The notes beneath the pieces were generated by a model that did no database searches, was not told the origin of the DNA, and saw only the letters and a list, made by a program, of their open reading frames with translations. From Candidatus Marinacidobacterales bacterium (GTDB lineage Bacteria > Acidobacteriota > Vicinamibacteria > Marinacidobacterales > SMYC01), in contig CBDCYI010000005.1 in the NCBI GenBank assembly GCA_965224085.1, positions 1,952,001 through 2,016,000 of the forward strand: 64,000 bases of DNA, in the 5' to 3' direction. This document shows positions 21,136-31,591 of this stretch, piece after piece. A program made the position numbers and the translations under genes. Each line of letters begins with the position of its first letter. The first letter of the stretch is position 1.

Positions 21136-24100
21136 GGAATATGCCAGCTATTTAAGGAGCAGGTTCTTCTTCAAAGACTCGTTACTCCAAGAGCAGTTCC
21201 GTGAGCTGCTTCAGACTGATGGGCGTCTGCATTCGGGGCCTTTTCTCGAATTGACACCACCCTTCAAAAAGGGATCGAGTCCAAAAGAGTTGGTGGAGCG
21301 TGGTGTGCTTCAGGAAGCGCTTCTCCAGGTATCGCGTGACGCGCTACACGCAGAGCGACCGTTGTACCTACACCAGCAGAAGGCAATCGAAAAGGTCCAG
21401 AGTGGTCGCAACGTCGTCGTTGCGACGGGGACCGGTAGCGGTAAGACGGAAACGTACCTGCTGCCGATACTAAACCATATACTCTCAGAGCAAACTGGCG
21501 CCAACAGTAAGCGTCCGGGAATTCGAGCGCTTCTCGTTTATCCGATGAATGCTCTCGCGAACGACCAGCTCAAAAGAATTCGCGAGCTTCTCCGAGAGTG
21601 TCCAGAGGTTACTTTCGGGCGCTACACAGGAGAGACGCCAAGGGAGCGAGAAAAGGGACTGGCGCGGTTTCGTGAGACGTGGCCGCTCGAGCCCGTCGTA
21701 CCGAATGAGCTGAAAAGCCGCGAAGAGATGTGGCAGTCGCCGCCTCATATTCTGATTACGAATTTCGCGATGCTCGAATATCTGCTCGTAAGACCGCAGG
21801 AAAGCATGTTCTTCGAGCCTGGAGTCGCGGAGGTCTTCAAGTTTCTCGTGCTGGACGAGATTCACACCTACGACGGTGCGAAAGGGACCGAGATAGCCAT
21901 GCTTCTCCATCGTTTGAGGCAACGCGTCGGGTTTCGGGAGAGAGGACGACTCCGCTGCATAGGCACGAGCGCAACAATGGGCGGCGGGAAGGACCTCCCT
22001 GATATCGCTCAGTTCGCGACCAACATCTTCGATGAGGCTTTTGAACATGGGTCGCACGCCAAAGATGTGCTCGAGGCTGAGCTACGGCCGTATGAGAAAC
22101 CGAAGGAGCTGTGGGGTCCGTGTAATCCCTCTTTTTACGCGGAGGCGTCGAGAGCGTCGGAAACTAGGGATGCGAATCCGGATGCTGTCCTTCAGGCGCT
22201 TCTGCTGGCGGCGGGAGAGGACGTTCCCAACGGTGCTCGCGAAGCAGCGAAGCGAGCGTTGAACGCGGCGCTCCGCCGTAAACAAGATTCAGTCGAGGCG
22301 CAAACGGAAACGGAGCCGGTGGACGAGTGGGACTGGGGGGTTCCCCCTAAAGCACCAGAGACCCCGCGGCTCGAACTGGATGACGGCATCTCGTCAGCAC
22401 TTTATGAGCTTATGCGAGGCGACCGATTGGTCGCTGCTATCCGGGATGAATGTCGCGATTATCCGGCCTCCGTCTCCGAACTGCAAAAGCGGCTGTTCAC
22501 GGATGGCGGCGACCTCATGCCTTTGGTCGCGGCGGCGAGCAAGGCTTGCGAGGCTCCGGGTGAGTCGCCGCTCATACGGGCGCGTTATCACTTCTTCGTT
22601 CGTGCGCTTGAAGGCGGGTTCCTATGTCTCGAGGACCACTCCGGGAGCGGGCCGCGACTCTACCTTGAACGGCGGAAGACATGCGTGGAGCACCCGAACA
22701 TTGCGGTTTTCGAAATGGGTCTGTGTCGCCGATGTGGCGAGCTGATGATAGTGGGGAGTCTCGTCAACGATCCAGCAAGCGGACTTCATTTGCTCGACAG
22801 CGAAGACCCCACGCAGGAGAGCATTCTAGAATCTGACAAGGTGCGGCGAGCTGTCCTGTCACTTGGTGCGGATTCTGCGGACGAACCCAACGAAGATGAG
22901 CTAGTCGATCATGAGGGCCAACGTTCCGAGTCCGGGTTCACCTCACTTTGCTTGTGCCTAGGTTGTCGAGTTTTGGGGGAGGCGGACGATTGGTCCTGCC
23001 TTTGCGAGCAAGAGAGCTCTCCCATTTCGGTCACACGCGTGCCAACCCGCCGGCGAGATATTCAGCTCTGTCCATCATGTGGGACACGTTCGCTGCAGAG
23101 GGACGTTCTTCAGACTCTATACACCGGTCCGGACGAGCCGGTCACTGAGCTCGCCACTACAATTTTTCAGTCTTCGAACGGCGGCTACATCCGCGGGACG
23201 GAGGAGAAAAAGAAGTTACTTACCTTCTCCGATAGTCGCCAGGATGCCGCCTACTTCGCACCCTACCTGGAGAATCAACATCGAGCGACCCTTCGTCGTC
23301 ACGTACTCCTGAGCCTAGTTGCCAACCAAACGGAGCCATTGCCGATCGACGCTTTGGCGGGACGGGTCGCAACGTATCTTTCCGGGCGAAAGTGGCTAGG
23401 GGAAGACGCCACGAATGACGCCGTCGAATCCGAATCATGGCGGTGGGTCGTTGGCGAGCTCATGCACGGCAACCGTACGCGGCGGAGTCTCGAGGAGCTC
23501 GGAATCGTAGACTTCACGGCGCGGCGCTATCCGGACGTGCCGCCACCGCTCCCTTTTCTAAAGGCGCCGTGGAACATGAGCGAGGCCGAAGCGTGGTCGC
23601 TGATCCAGATACTCGTGGACACACTGAAAAACGCCTATGTGGTGACACTGCCGCCCGGGGTAAACGATGACGACGAGGTCTTCGCACCCGCACGGGCCAA
23701 CGTTGCCGTCGCGATCAAGCGAGAACCGAACGACAAACGTACGCTCGCTTGGGTGCCTCAACTCATGTACAAGTGGATTCGTTCGACTATACAAAGAAGG
23801 CACCTGCTCGGAGCGTTGGCGAACCGCGGACTCTACCCCAAGTATGGCTTTCCCGTAGATGTCGTCAATCTCGAGATCGCACCCGAAGCGATGCGCAAGA
23901 CGGGCCGCGAGGGAAGAGGACGTCAGCTGGACGATTTCGGTTTGGAGCTATCGCGTGACCTGAAGCTTGCGATATCGGAATATGCACCGGGTAGCGAGGT
24001 CGTAGCGGGTGGGTACATATGGCAATGCGCCGGCCTCAAAGTACTACCGGATCGTCGCCTAGAGGAGATCCACTACTACGCCTGTCCCTGCGGCGCGTTC

Positions 24101-24625
24101 CAGGTCGTACCGGCTGGAGAGAAGCCCAGCACGTGTCCGCATTGCGGCGAGGCGCACAAATCCGCCCACGCAGGCCGCTACATCCGCCCTGAATTCGGAT
24201 TTGTCACGAAACAAGACAAACCGCGACACGCAAGCACGCGTAAGCCAGAGAGACAGTTCGCGACGAGAGTCGCCTTCGCTGGGTATGTGGCGGATGACGA
24301 GCAGAGCTACGTGGAAAGGTGGCTTGGTGTGCGCGTCGGCCTACCGCGCCTGGCGACGCTCGTCACGATCAATACTGGCAAAGGCCAAAGAGGCTTCCGG
24401 TTCTGCCAGCAGTGCGGATTCGCGGAGCCCGCGGCGAGCAGCTTCAAGCACGCTCGCGGTCACCCAAGTCCGCGCGGCGCGATATGTCGTGGAGAAGTCA
24501 GTTTCAACGTCGACTTGGGTCACGACTTCATCACTGACGTTCTCGAACTGAGAGTAAGATCCCGAAGCATATCCACGCAGATCGGCTGGTGGTCGGTCGC
24601 GTACGCACTCGTGGCCAGACACTGA
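21101..24625 (+). pseudogene. DUF1998/YprA-type DEAD/DEAH helicase (DruE-like) with internal deletion and C-terminal truncation
   Basis: Q motif 'LYLHQ', 'TGTGSGKT', 'YPMNALANDQ', 'LDEIH', 'TSAT', 'FSDSRQDA', CxxC clusters and 'LYPKYGFP'. Motifs V/VI are absent (junction ~23760) and the C-terminus is cut at ~24612. Confidence 0.85.
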
Positions 24626-26416
24626 CTCGTCGTCGGCACGCGAGAAGCAGACCAACGACACTCGCACCGCCGCGCCGTCAATCACCCACGGCTCATCACT
24701 CCACGCATCGAAAATCCGCCGTGCCTTGGTCGCCGTTTGCAACGCCCGCCGATTCGCGCCGCCTCGTATGGAATTGGTCGCGACGAGTCCGGCTCGCGCC
24801 GCCTTGCCCAATGCGATCTGCTGGCCCGCCTTCTCGAACCAGTAGCAGACGAGATCGGCCTCCGCCGGTACCCGGCCGACGTACGTCGCGAACATGCGCG
24901 AGACGTATTCCTCGCTGAGGTGCGTGATCAAGAGCTTGCCGCCCAAGAACGGCGGGTTGCCGATCACGACATCCGCCATCGGCCAGTCCGGTTCGGTACC
25001 GTCCGGAGTCAGGATCGCGTCACGGCACTCGATGGTATCGAGCGGCTTTAGGATCGGGTCGCGTGCCTCCGAGAAGCCGTTGCGCCGCATCCACTGGATC
25101 TCGCCGATCCAGACGGAAACGCGAGCCAACTCGGCGGCGTAGGGATTGATCTCGATGCCCTTGACGTTGGCCGGGCCGATCTCCGGAAACGCCCGCTGGA
25201 AGCCGAGAGCCTCCGCCTCGAACTGCACCCGGTGCTCCAGGTCCTTGAGGGCCTGCAAGGCGAGATACAGGAAGTTGCCTGAGCCGCAGGCCGGGTCGAG
25301 CACCGTGAACGCACGCAGCCGGTTGAGGAACGCCCGGTACCGCCGCTCGGCCTCGTTCCGACGCTTGGTACGAGCGGCCGTTGACTTGGTGGCTTCCGCT
25401 CGCTCCAACTCGGCGGCGATCTCTGCTTTCTCCGTGGCCCACTCTGCGAGCCACGGGCGGATCACGACCGGCTCGACGAGCAGCATGATCTTGTCGCGGT
25501 CCGTGTAATGCGCCCCGAGCTGGGCGCGCTTGCCCGGATCGAGTCCACGCTCGAACAGCGTGCCGAGGATCGATGGATCGATCTCTGACCAGTCGAGGCG
25601 CGATGCGGCCAACACGGTGTCGATGTCGGACCTCTCCAGCGGAAGCGCTGTGGCGTCGTCGAACAGTCCGCCGTTGAACCAGTCAACCGTCTCGAAACCG
25701 ACCCGGCCGCCGCGAGCCATCACCCGGAACAGATCGTCGGCAAGGTCGGCGAAGTGCGCTGGCGTGCGCCGCGCCTGCTCCAGCATCCGGGTGAACATGT
25801 GGCCGGGCAGCAGGCCTACGTCGTCGGCGAACATGCAGAAGACGAGCCGGTTGACGAAGTGCGCGACCGCGTGCGGATCGTGGCCGCGTTCCCGCAGCGA
25901 CTGCGCGACCGCCGCGAAGGACTGCGCCGCCTGTTGGGTGAGCGATTGCCGCGTCTCGCCCGGCCGTAGCCGTTCAGGATCCGAGAACGCCCACTTAAGC
26001 CTGTCGCGTGCCGCGGCGTCGGCCAGGTCGTCCAATCCGAACTCGTAGGTCTTGCTGACGCTATTGGTCCAGTTGGTGCGGATGCGGAACCGCAGCATGT
26101 CGGAGACGATCAGCAGCGGCGGGTTCTCCAGCGCCAGGGCGTAGAGCCGCAGCTGTCCGAATGCGGCGTCGAGGTCGGCCCGCTTGCCCTTGTACTCCCA
26201 GGCGAAGTGGTGGCGCTTCCAGACATCGGCCCAGCCGTCGCCGCCGGTGTCCTTGCGCGCGCCGCGCTCGAAGCAGTACATCTCGCCGGTCGGGTCGGCC
26301 TCGGCGGGCGTCGGCTCGCCGAGCAGGTGGCACAGGTCGATGAAGTGCTCCTGCGACGCCGAGCGCTCCTTGAGTGCCGAGGCGCGCCACTTGGCGATGA
26401 ATTCGTACGGCGTCAT
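24612..26416 (-). pseudogene. MmeI-like type IIG/IIL restriction-modification fusion, target-recognition domain missing
   Basis: 'FIAKW', 'ADVWKR...EYK', 'LGAHYT', 'LDPACGSGNFL' and 'GNPPF'. After 'VSLVCFS' the ORF reads into the antisense of the helicase. Confidence 0.85.
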
Positions 26417-26560
26417 GGGCGCATTCAGCGTAGCCGATAATGACCGGCACTTGCCAGGACGGGGCCGATCCGCGCGTCGGCCATCGTGCGGATGGAGCAT
26501 AGGAGACGAAGGATATACGTCAAGGCGAAGGCCGAGAAGTCTTGGCGCTTCTTGCGCCAA

Positions 26561-26785
26561 GGTTTCGGCTGGAAGCGATGGAGTAGGCGATGGATGTATG
26601 CGACTGTCGGACTGTTCACAGATTACCGAGTTCGATATCTCGTAGATTCGCCGAAAGACGCCCCGGCTCGATAGGTCACATAAAACCCTTCGCGGGAAGT
26701 GTGCAGGAGCGCGTAGTGCGGAAAGCCGCACGCTGCGTGCGATGTGGCGGGGGTTGGAAACGGACTTACGGTGCGGCTAGTGAGG
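26561..26785 (+). mobile_element. 3' remnant of a group II intron (maturase tail, domain V, start of domain VI)
   Basis: 'GFGWKRWSRRWMYATVGLFTDYRV' then a DV-like hairpin gcgcgtagtgcgGAAAgccgcacgctgcgtgc (~26709-26740). Cut by the 42 bp IS end. Confidence 0.75.
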
Positions 26786-26855
26786 CTGTGCCTTCTATTT
26801 ATTCATCCGCGCGCACCGAACTTGATTAGTCTCCGGTCTGCCGGCACCATGCTCC

Positions 26856-27469
26856 CGTCTATGTCCTTGAGTACCTGCTGGGTAACTACTGTGCCTCCAA
26901 TGACCAAGTCGTGATCGAGGACGGTCTGGCTACCGTGAAGCGCATCCTCTCCGAGAACTACGTGCGGGCCGGACGAGGCAGAAAGGGTGAAATCCACCAT
27001 CCGCGAGCGGGGCAGTTTGAAGGTTATCGATAAGGTGACGGTCACGCTGAATGAAAAACGAGATGTCTACGAGGCGCTTTTGTCGAACCTGGGAACGAAG
27101 GGCGTCGGAATCGGTACGGAGACAGTCCGAAAATACGAGAAGTTACTGGCTGGCGGGATCTGGTCGATCATTACGATGCAATATTTTTGTGAGGAGGGGC
27201 AAAAGGGGTCGCCTTTCATTATCGATGAGCTCAATCCAATCCAGATGCCGAACATGGATATGGACGAACTGTTCGCCGGGAGGCGTCAGTTTACCGAGGC
27301 ACAGTGGATTGATGTGTTGTTGCGTTCCTGCGGGTATGAGCCGACGCAGTTCGATGAGCGCACGAAGTGGCACCTGCTGTGCCGTCTAGTACCGCTGGTG
27401 GAGAACAACTACAACGTCTGCGAGTTGGGTCCGAGGGGAACCGGAAAGAGCCATATCTATAAGGAAATC
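26856..27469 (+). pseudogene. brxL: BREX Lon-like protease BrxL, 5' part (start missing, frameshift near 26965)
   Basis: 'PVYVLEYLLGNYC...ILSENYVR', 'KVIDKVTV' and Walker A 'ELGPRGTGKSHIYKEI'. Confidence 0.85.
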
Positions 27470-27557
27470 GGGGATTACAAGTAAACCTTGACAGGCATTC
27501 CGCTAACCACAACATCTTGCGGTCGGCTTGATCGGGTTGGTGGTCGCGGGGATGAAG

Positions 27558-27875
27558 CTAGTTGTCATTTAGCCTGAACAGGTTTTCGTCTGCACCAAGT
27601 TCCCGCAGCTCTGAAATGATTCTGCGCGCTTCTTTTTCAAGTTTAGTCACATTGAAGATGAGGCGCCGAATCTCGGATGGAGGGAGCCATTGTTCATCAT
27701 GAGGCGGGTTGTTATTGTACTGATCTACGTTTTGCCCAAGCAAGGCGCAAATTAGCAAGTGCATCATCACGTTTCTTGCGAGAAACGGCAAGCTCGCCGC
27801 GTATGACACTGGAACCACATGAAAAATGGGCCGATCCGAATATAACGCTTTTGGAGAACCTCCGTAGCATCTCAA
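27558..27875 (-). CDS. small hypothetical passenger protein (start uncertain)
   Basis: ORF inside the cassette with an amphipathic/coiled C-terminus; no recognised motif. Confidence 0.35.
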   Translation of the reverse strand: MRCYGGSPKALYSDRPIFHVVPVSYAASLPFLARNVMMHLLICALLGQNVDQYNNNPPHDEQWLPPSEIRRLIFNVTKLEKEARRIISELRELGADENLFRLNDN

Positions 27876-27939
27876 AGCTATTGTCTCCTAGCGTTCGAGT
27901 TCAGATTGTCGTTCCGGATCCAGAAACCGACTGACTGTC

Positions 27940-28212
27940 TCATAGCTTCGTCCAGCCCCACAAAAGCGCAACCCATAAACCCCATCCGACCAGGCTCCAC
28001 GGCAGTCTGATTCCCCAGAGGATTCTGCCCTCTTTCTCAAGTTTCTCGCCCACGTGGATCATGACCAGACCTAGTCCTACAACAGCGAACGCAATACAGG
28101 CGTCGCCGAACCCCCACGAAATATGCGCGCTAGGCTCATCGTATGGGTCTAGCTCATGCACCCCACCTGGTTGCAGCATTCTGACATCCTGTTGTCCCGG
28201 AGAAGTGGTCAC
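27940..28212 (-). CDS. small two-TM passenger membrane protein
   Basis: Two hydrophobic segments (FGDACIAFAVVGLGLVMI; LPWSLVGWGLWVALLWGW). Confidence 0.45.
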   Translation of the reverse strand: MTTSPGQQDVRMLQPGGVHELDPYDEPSAHISWGFGDACIAFAVVGLGLVMIHVGEKLEKEGRILWGIRLPWSLVGWGLWVALLWGWTKL

Positions 28213-28510
28213 CGGGCCAGTTCGTCACAACGAACCGCATGTGGTTGGCATGCAGGATCCCGCCTATTTCCCCCCTGTGGTAAGGAGGTCTTGTATTCAG
28301 CGAGTGACCCGATGGTCGAGCCACACGCGGTTCATTGTGACGGGAAGGAGAATACCAGAAACGAGGAGGGGAATAAGACCACAAGATGTAGTGGTCGGGG
28401 CCTGAAACGCGGAACCACTATATGTAGGGACGGGGCGCTCAGGCTGCCATTTAGGAAGGCGCTTAAACACAACGGCTTACGGGGTCTGTCAAGCTATCGG
28501 TGTAATCCCC

Positions 28511-29835
28511 AGGAAATCAGTCCGAATAGCATCCTTGTCTCCGGGGGGCAGACCACCGTTGCGAACCTGTTTTACAACCTGGCCAGCCGAACCGTTGGGC
28601 TGGTCGGGCTCTGGGATGTAGTGGCATTCGACGAGGTCGCCGGAATCAGCTTCAAGGACAATGCTGGCGTCCAGATCATGAAGGACTATATGGCGTCTGG
28701 ATCGTTCGCCCGGGGTCGCGACCAGGTGAACGCCTATGCGTCGATGGTCTTCGTCGGTAACATCAACCAGCCTGTAGACACGCTGGTCAAGACAAGCCAT
28801 CTCTTGGCTCCATTTCCAGAGGCCATGATCGACTCCGCATTCTTCGACCGCTTCCACGCCTATATTCCAGGCTGGGAGATCCCGAAGATGCGGCCGGAAT
28901 TCTTCACGAACCAGTATGGGCTGATCGTCGATTATCTGGCTGAGTTCCTGCGCGAGATGCGCAAGCGGAACTTCGGCGATGCGATCAACAAATACTACAA
29001 GCTAGGCCGAGATCTGAATCAGCGGGACACCATCGCGGTCAGGCACACCGTCTCTGGCCTGCTTAAGCTTCTGTACCCGAACGAAGAGTACGATGACGAA
29101 GCAGTGCGGCGCTGCCTGGAATACGCTCTCGAGACACGGCGAAGGGTAAAAGAGCAGTTAAAGAAGATTGGTGGGATGGAGTTTTATGATGTCCACTTTT
29201 CCTACATCGCCCCGGAGCCGATGGAGGAACGGTTTATCAGCGTTCCTGAGCAGGGAGGGGGTGCCCTCATACCCGACGGCCCGCTCAACCCTGGCGTACT
29301 TCACACCGTCGCGACGGGTAGCAGTGGGCACCTAGGGGTCTACCGGATCGAGACTCAGGTCACCGCTGGAAACGGCAAGCTCACACTGTCCGGCGTGGGG
29401 TCTAATACCACAGCAAAGGAAAGTATTAAGGTCGGCTTCGACTATTTCAAAGCCAATGCCTCTTCGGTCAGTGCCTCAGTGAAACCCGGTGATCACAACT
29501 TTCACTTGCATGTGGTCGAACTTCAAAACACAGGACCGACTGCGGCAATGACGCTTGCAACATTCGTGGCTCTTTGTTCCGGCATCCTCGGTAAGTCGGT
29601 TCAATCACAAATGGTCGTGCTGGGGAGTATGAGCCTCGGTGGGAGCATCGTTCCGGTTGAAAATCTCGCCGGGTCACTTCAGGTCGCATTTGACGCCGGC
29701 GCGAAGAGAATCTTGCTTCCTATGGCGAGCGTCGGAGACATCCCGACCATTCCAGGAGAATTGTTCGCAAAATTTCAGACCAGCTTCTACTCGGATCCAC
29801 GAGATGCGGCGTTCAAGAGTCTGGGGGTCGATTAG
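28511..29835 (+). pseudogene. brxL: BREX Lon-like protease BrxL, 3' part
   Basis: Resumes 'EISPNSILVSGGQTTVANLFYN', Walker B 'AFDEV', 'KDYMASGSF', then a Lon-like C-terminal domain. Confidence 0.9.
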
Positions 29836-30035
29836 TGCGACGATGGAGGGGTAGTGTCAAGTTTTCCACGGCCTGACAGCCACCCCGAATGAATGAAACG
29901 CGGTAGTCTCTGGAGGTGGCACCGGCTCAACACGACGCCTGAGGAAGCTCGGTTTTGACGTCACTGCCCCCAAACGTTACACCCTGAGTTTCTTACTAGT
30001 TGACGTTGCGGGAGCAAGCCGATGCCATCGGCATG

Positions 30036-30351
30036 ACACCGTGCAGCAACGGGATGCCACGCCCCCAGAGCGAAGACCTGGATCCAGGCCTGGGGAAAGA
30101 TAGGCATCAAGGAGGCCTGGGCCGCACCTGGACCAGAACGTGCTAGCCCGATACGCCGCAGTAACCCGGGCCTCGATTCTGGGCCTCTCGGGTGGCCTCT
30201 TTTCCGCCGCCGCACGGCCCGGTCAGCGGCCCGCCACCCTATTTGGTGCAAACGTGGCACTCGAAAATCGGGATTAGAGACGAATGCCGAAAATGAGGCC
30301 CGTTCAGCCCTTCTAGCGCGTCTCTGGTGACACCTATCCCTGCAAAACCCC
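30036..30351 (+). repeat. copy B of the ~300 bp non-coding repeat
   Basis: Aligns by eye with copies A and C; contains AGAGAC...GTCTCT inverted hexamers. Confidence 0.85.
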
Positions 30352-30777
30352 GCCAACCGCGCGGAAAATCTCATCCGTCTCTGCAGTGCCACAATTGGCC
30401 GGACTGGGTGGCGGATGGTGCAGGTTGGAGCTATCCGGTCTCGGCAAAAGGCGGTCCAGCTTTTAGCGGAAATCCTCAAATAGAAAAATAAGTGGAGATT
30501 CAGGAGGTTTCGAGTTTCGGGCATTTCTTGACTTTTTTGACGCGTACGAACAGGTTTTGCGAGAAGGCTGTTTTACGCCCTCTCGGGTTTCAACCATGAT
30601 GCCAATTTCGTTACATCCTCTTCTCCTACAGTGATTTAACGGCCTCAGTCACGTGCTGGTCCCCGTACGCATTATCGACGGGTGGTCGCTCGAGCCGGGA
30701 TTTTAATTGGCTTTAGTAATATTTTCTATACGGCAATTTCAATCTCCCGGACGCCTGAAAGAAGGTCGTGTCGTGAA

Positions 30778-30909
30778 CCCCGTCGTGTCCAAAAACACAA
30801 ACGCGTCGCCCAGCCCTTGATGGTTGCGCTCTTCTCAATAATGATAGATGAACTCGGCGACAGCCCGGCGTGCGGGTCTTAGAGTTCGTTTGTATTTTTG
30901 GACACGACG
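30778..30909. mobile_element. ~130 bp MITE with CGTCGTGTCCAAAAA(C/T)ACAAACG inverted ends
   Basis: Inverted ends at 30778-30803 and 30874-30909. Related ends at 7905-7936, 12901-12925, 13096-13125 and 31008-31041. Confidence 0.75.
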
Positions 30910-31071
30910 CCGTTGGCAGCAGCACCCAGCCCTCCGCTTTCTGGCTCGCGACATACGCGGCGCAGGCTTCTCGCTGCGCATCGAGGGAGTTGAACTCCTG
31001 TTCGAGACCCCGTCCTGTCCAAAAACACAAACGAACTCAAGATTGGCGCGCCGGGCCGTTTCGATCGTCAT
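30910..31071 (-). pseudogene. N-terminal remnant of a large serine recombinase
   Basis: '[28 protein letters not shown]' is the segment that follows the catalytic YxRxS motif. Putative start MTIETARRAN at 31071. Confidence 0.75.
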
Positions 31072-31120
31072 CGCCCCGTGGCGAGCCCCAGATCTGGGGC
31101 GTGTCGGAGACGATGTCGGC

Positions 31121-31430
31121 GATTCGGGTTCTCCGCACGCGCAGGGAAAACACCGTCCAGCAACGAGATGCCACGCTCCCGGGCGGAGACCTGGATCCAG
31201 GCCCGGGCCGCACCTGGACCAGAACACGTGCTAGGCCAGCTACCCCGCGGTAACCTCAACCTCGATTCTGAGCCCCTCGGGCGGCCTCTTTTCCGCTGCC
31301 CGCAAGGCCTCCGGTCAGAGCCCGCTCCCCTATTTGGCGCTCGGAAATCGAGATTAGAGACGAAAACCGAAAATGAGGCCCTTTCAGCCCTTCTAGCGCG
31401 TCTCTGGTGACACCTATCTCTGCAAAACCC
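31121..31430 (+). repeat. copy C of the ~300 bp non-coding repeat
   Basis: Near-identical 3' block to copy B (gattagagacgaa...aaatgaggccc.ttcagcccttctagcgcgtctctggtgacacctatc.ctgcaaaaccc). Confidence 0.85.
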
Positions 31431-31591
31431 CTGTGCTCCGTAAAAAATCGTTCCGGCGTTGATTGCGCGTTCTAGACCTGCTATGTTCGGCTGCTTCTGG
31501 CCAATCTTCTTTTTTGCGGAGCACAGCCAGATGCGTCGTATGGCCTGCGCCAGTGGACCGGCTGGGTGGTTGGCCCCGCGGATGAGGATCC

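Larger units (their letters stand above)
27470..28510. mobile_element. 1041 bp non-autonomous insertion cassette (IS1595-like ends)
   Basis: Ends GGGGATTACA-N7-CTTGACAG inverted at both termini; flanked by direct repeat AGGAAATC (27462-27469, 28511-28518); no transposase inside. Confidence 0.9.

Noticed and set aside
24341-26731. 796 aa ORF as a full-length RM enzyme
   Set aside because: The N-terminal ~105 aa are antisense to the intron remnant and the tail is antisense to the helicase. The real coding part is ~24612-26416.
28156-28510. Novel N-terminal extension of BrxL
   Set aside because: It is read-through from the inserted cassette; BrxL similarity resumes exactly at the target duplication.
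26856-29835. Complete BREX system
   Set aside because: Only a broken brxL is present; no pglX, pglZ or brxC in the window.
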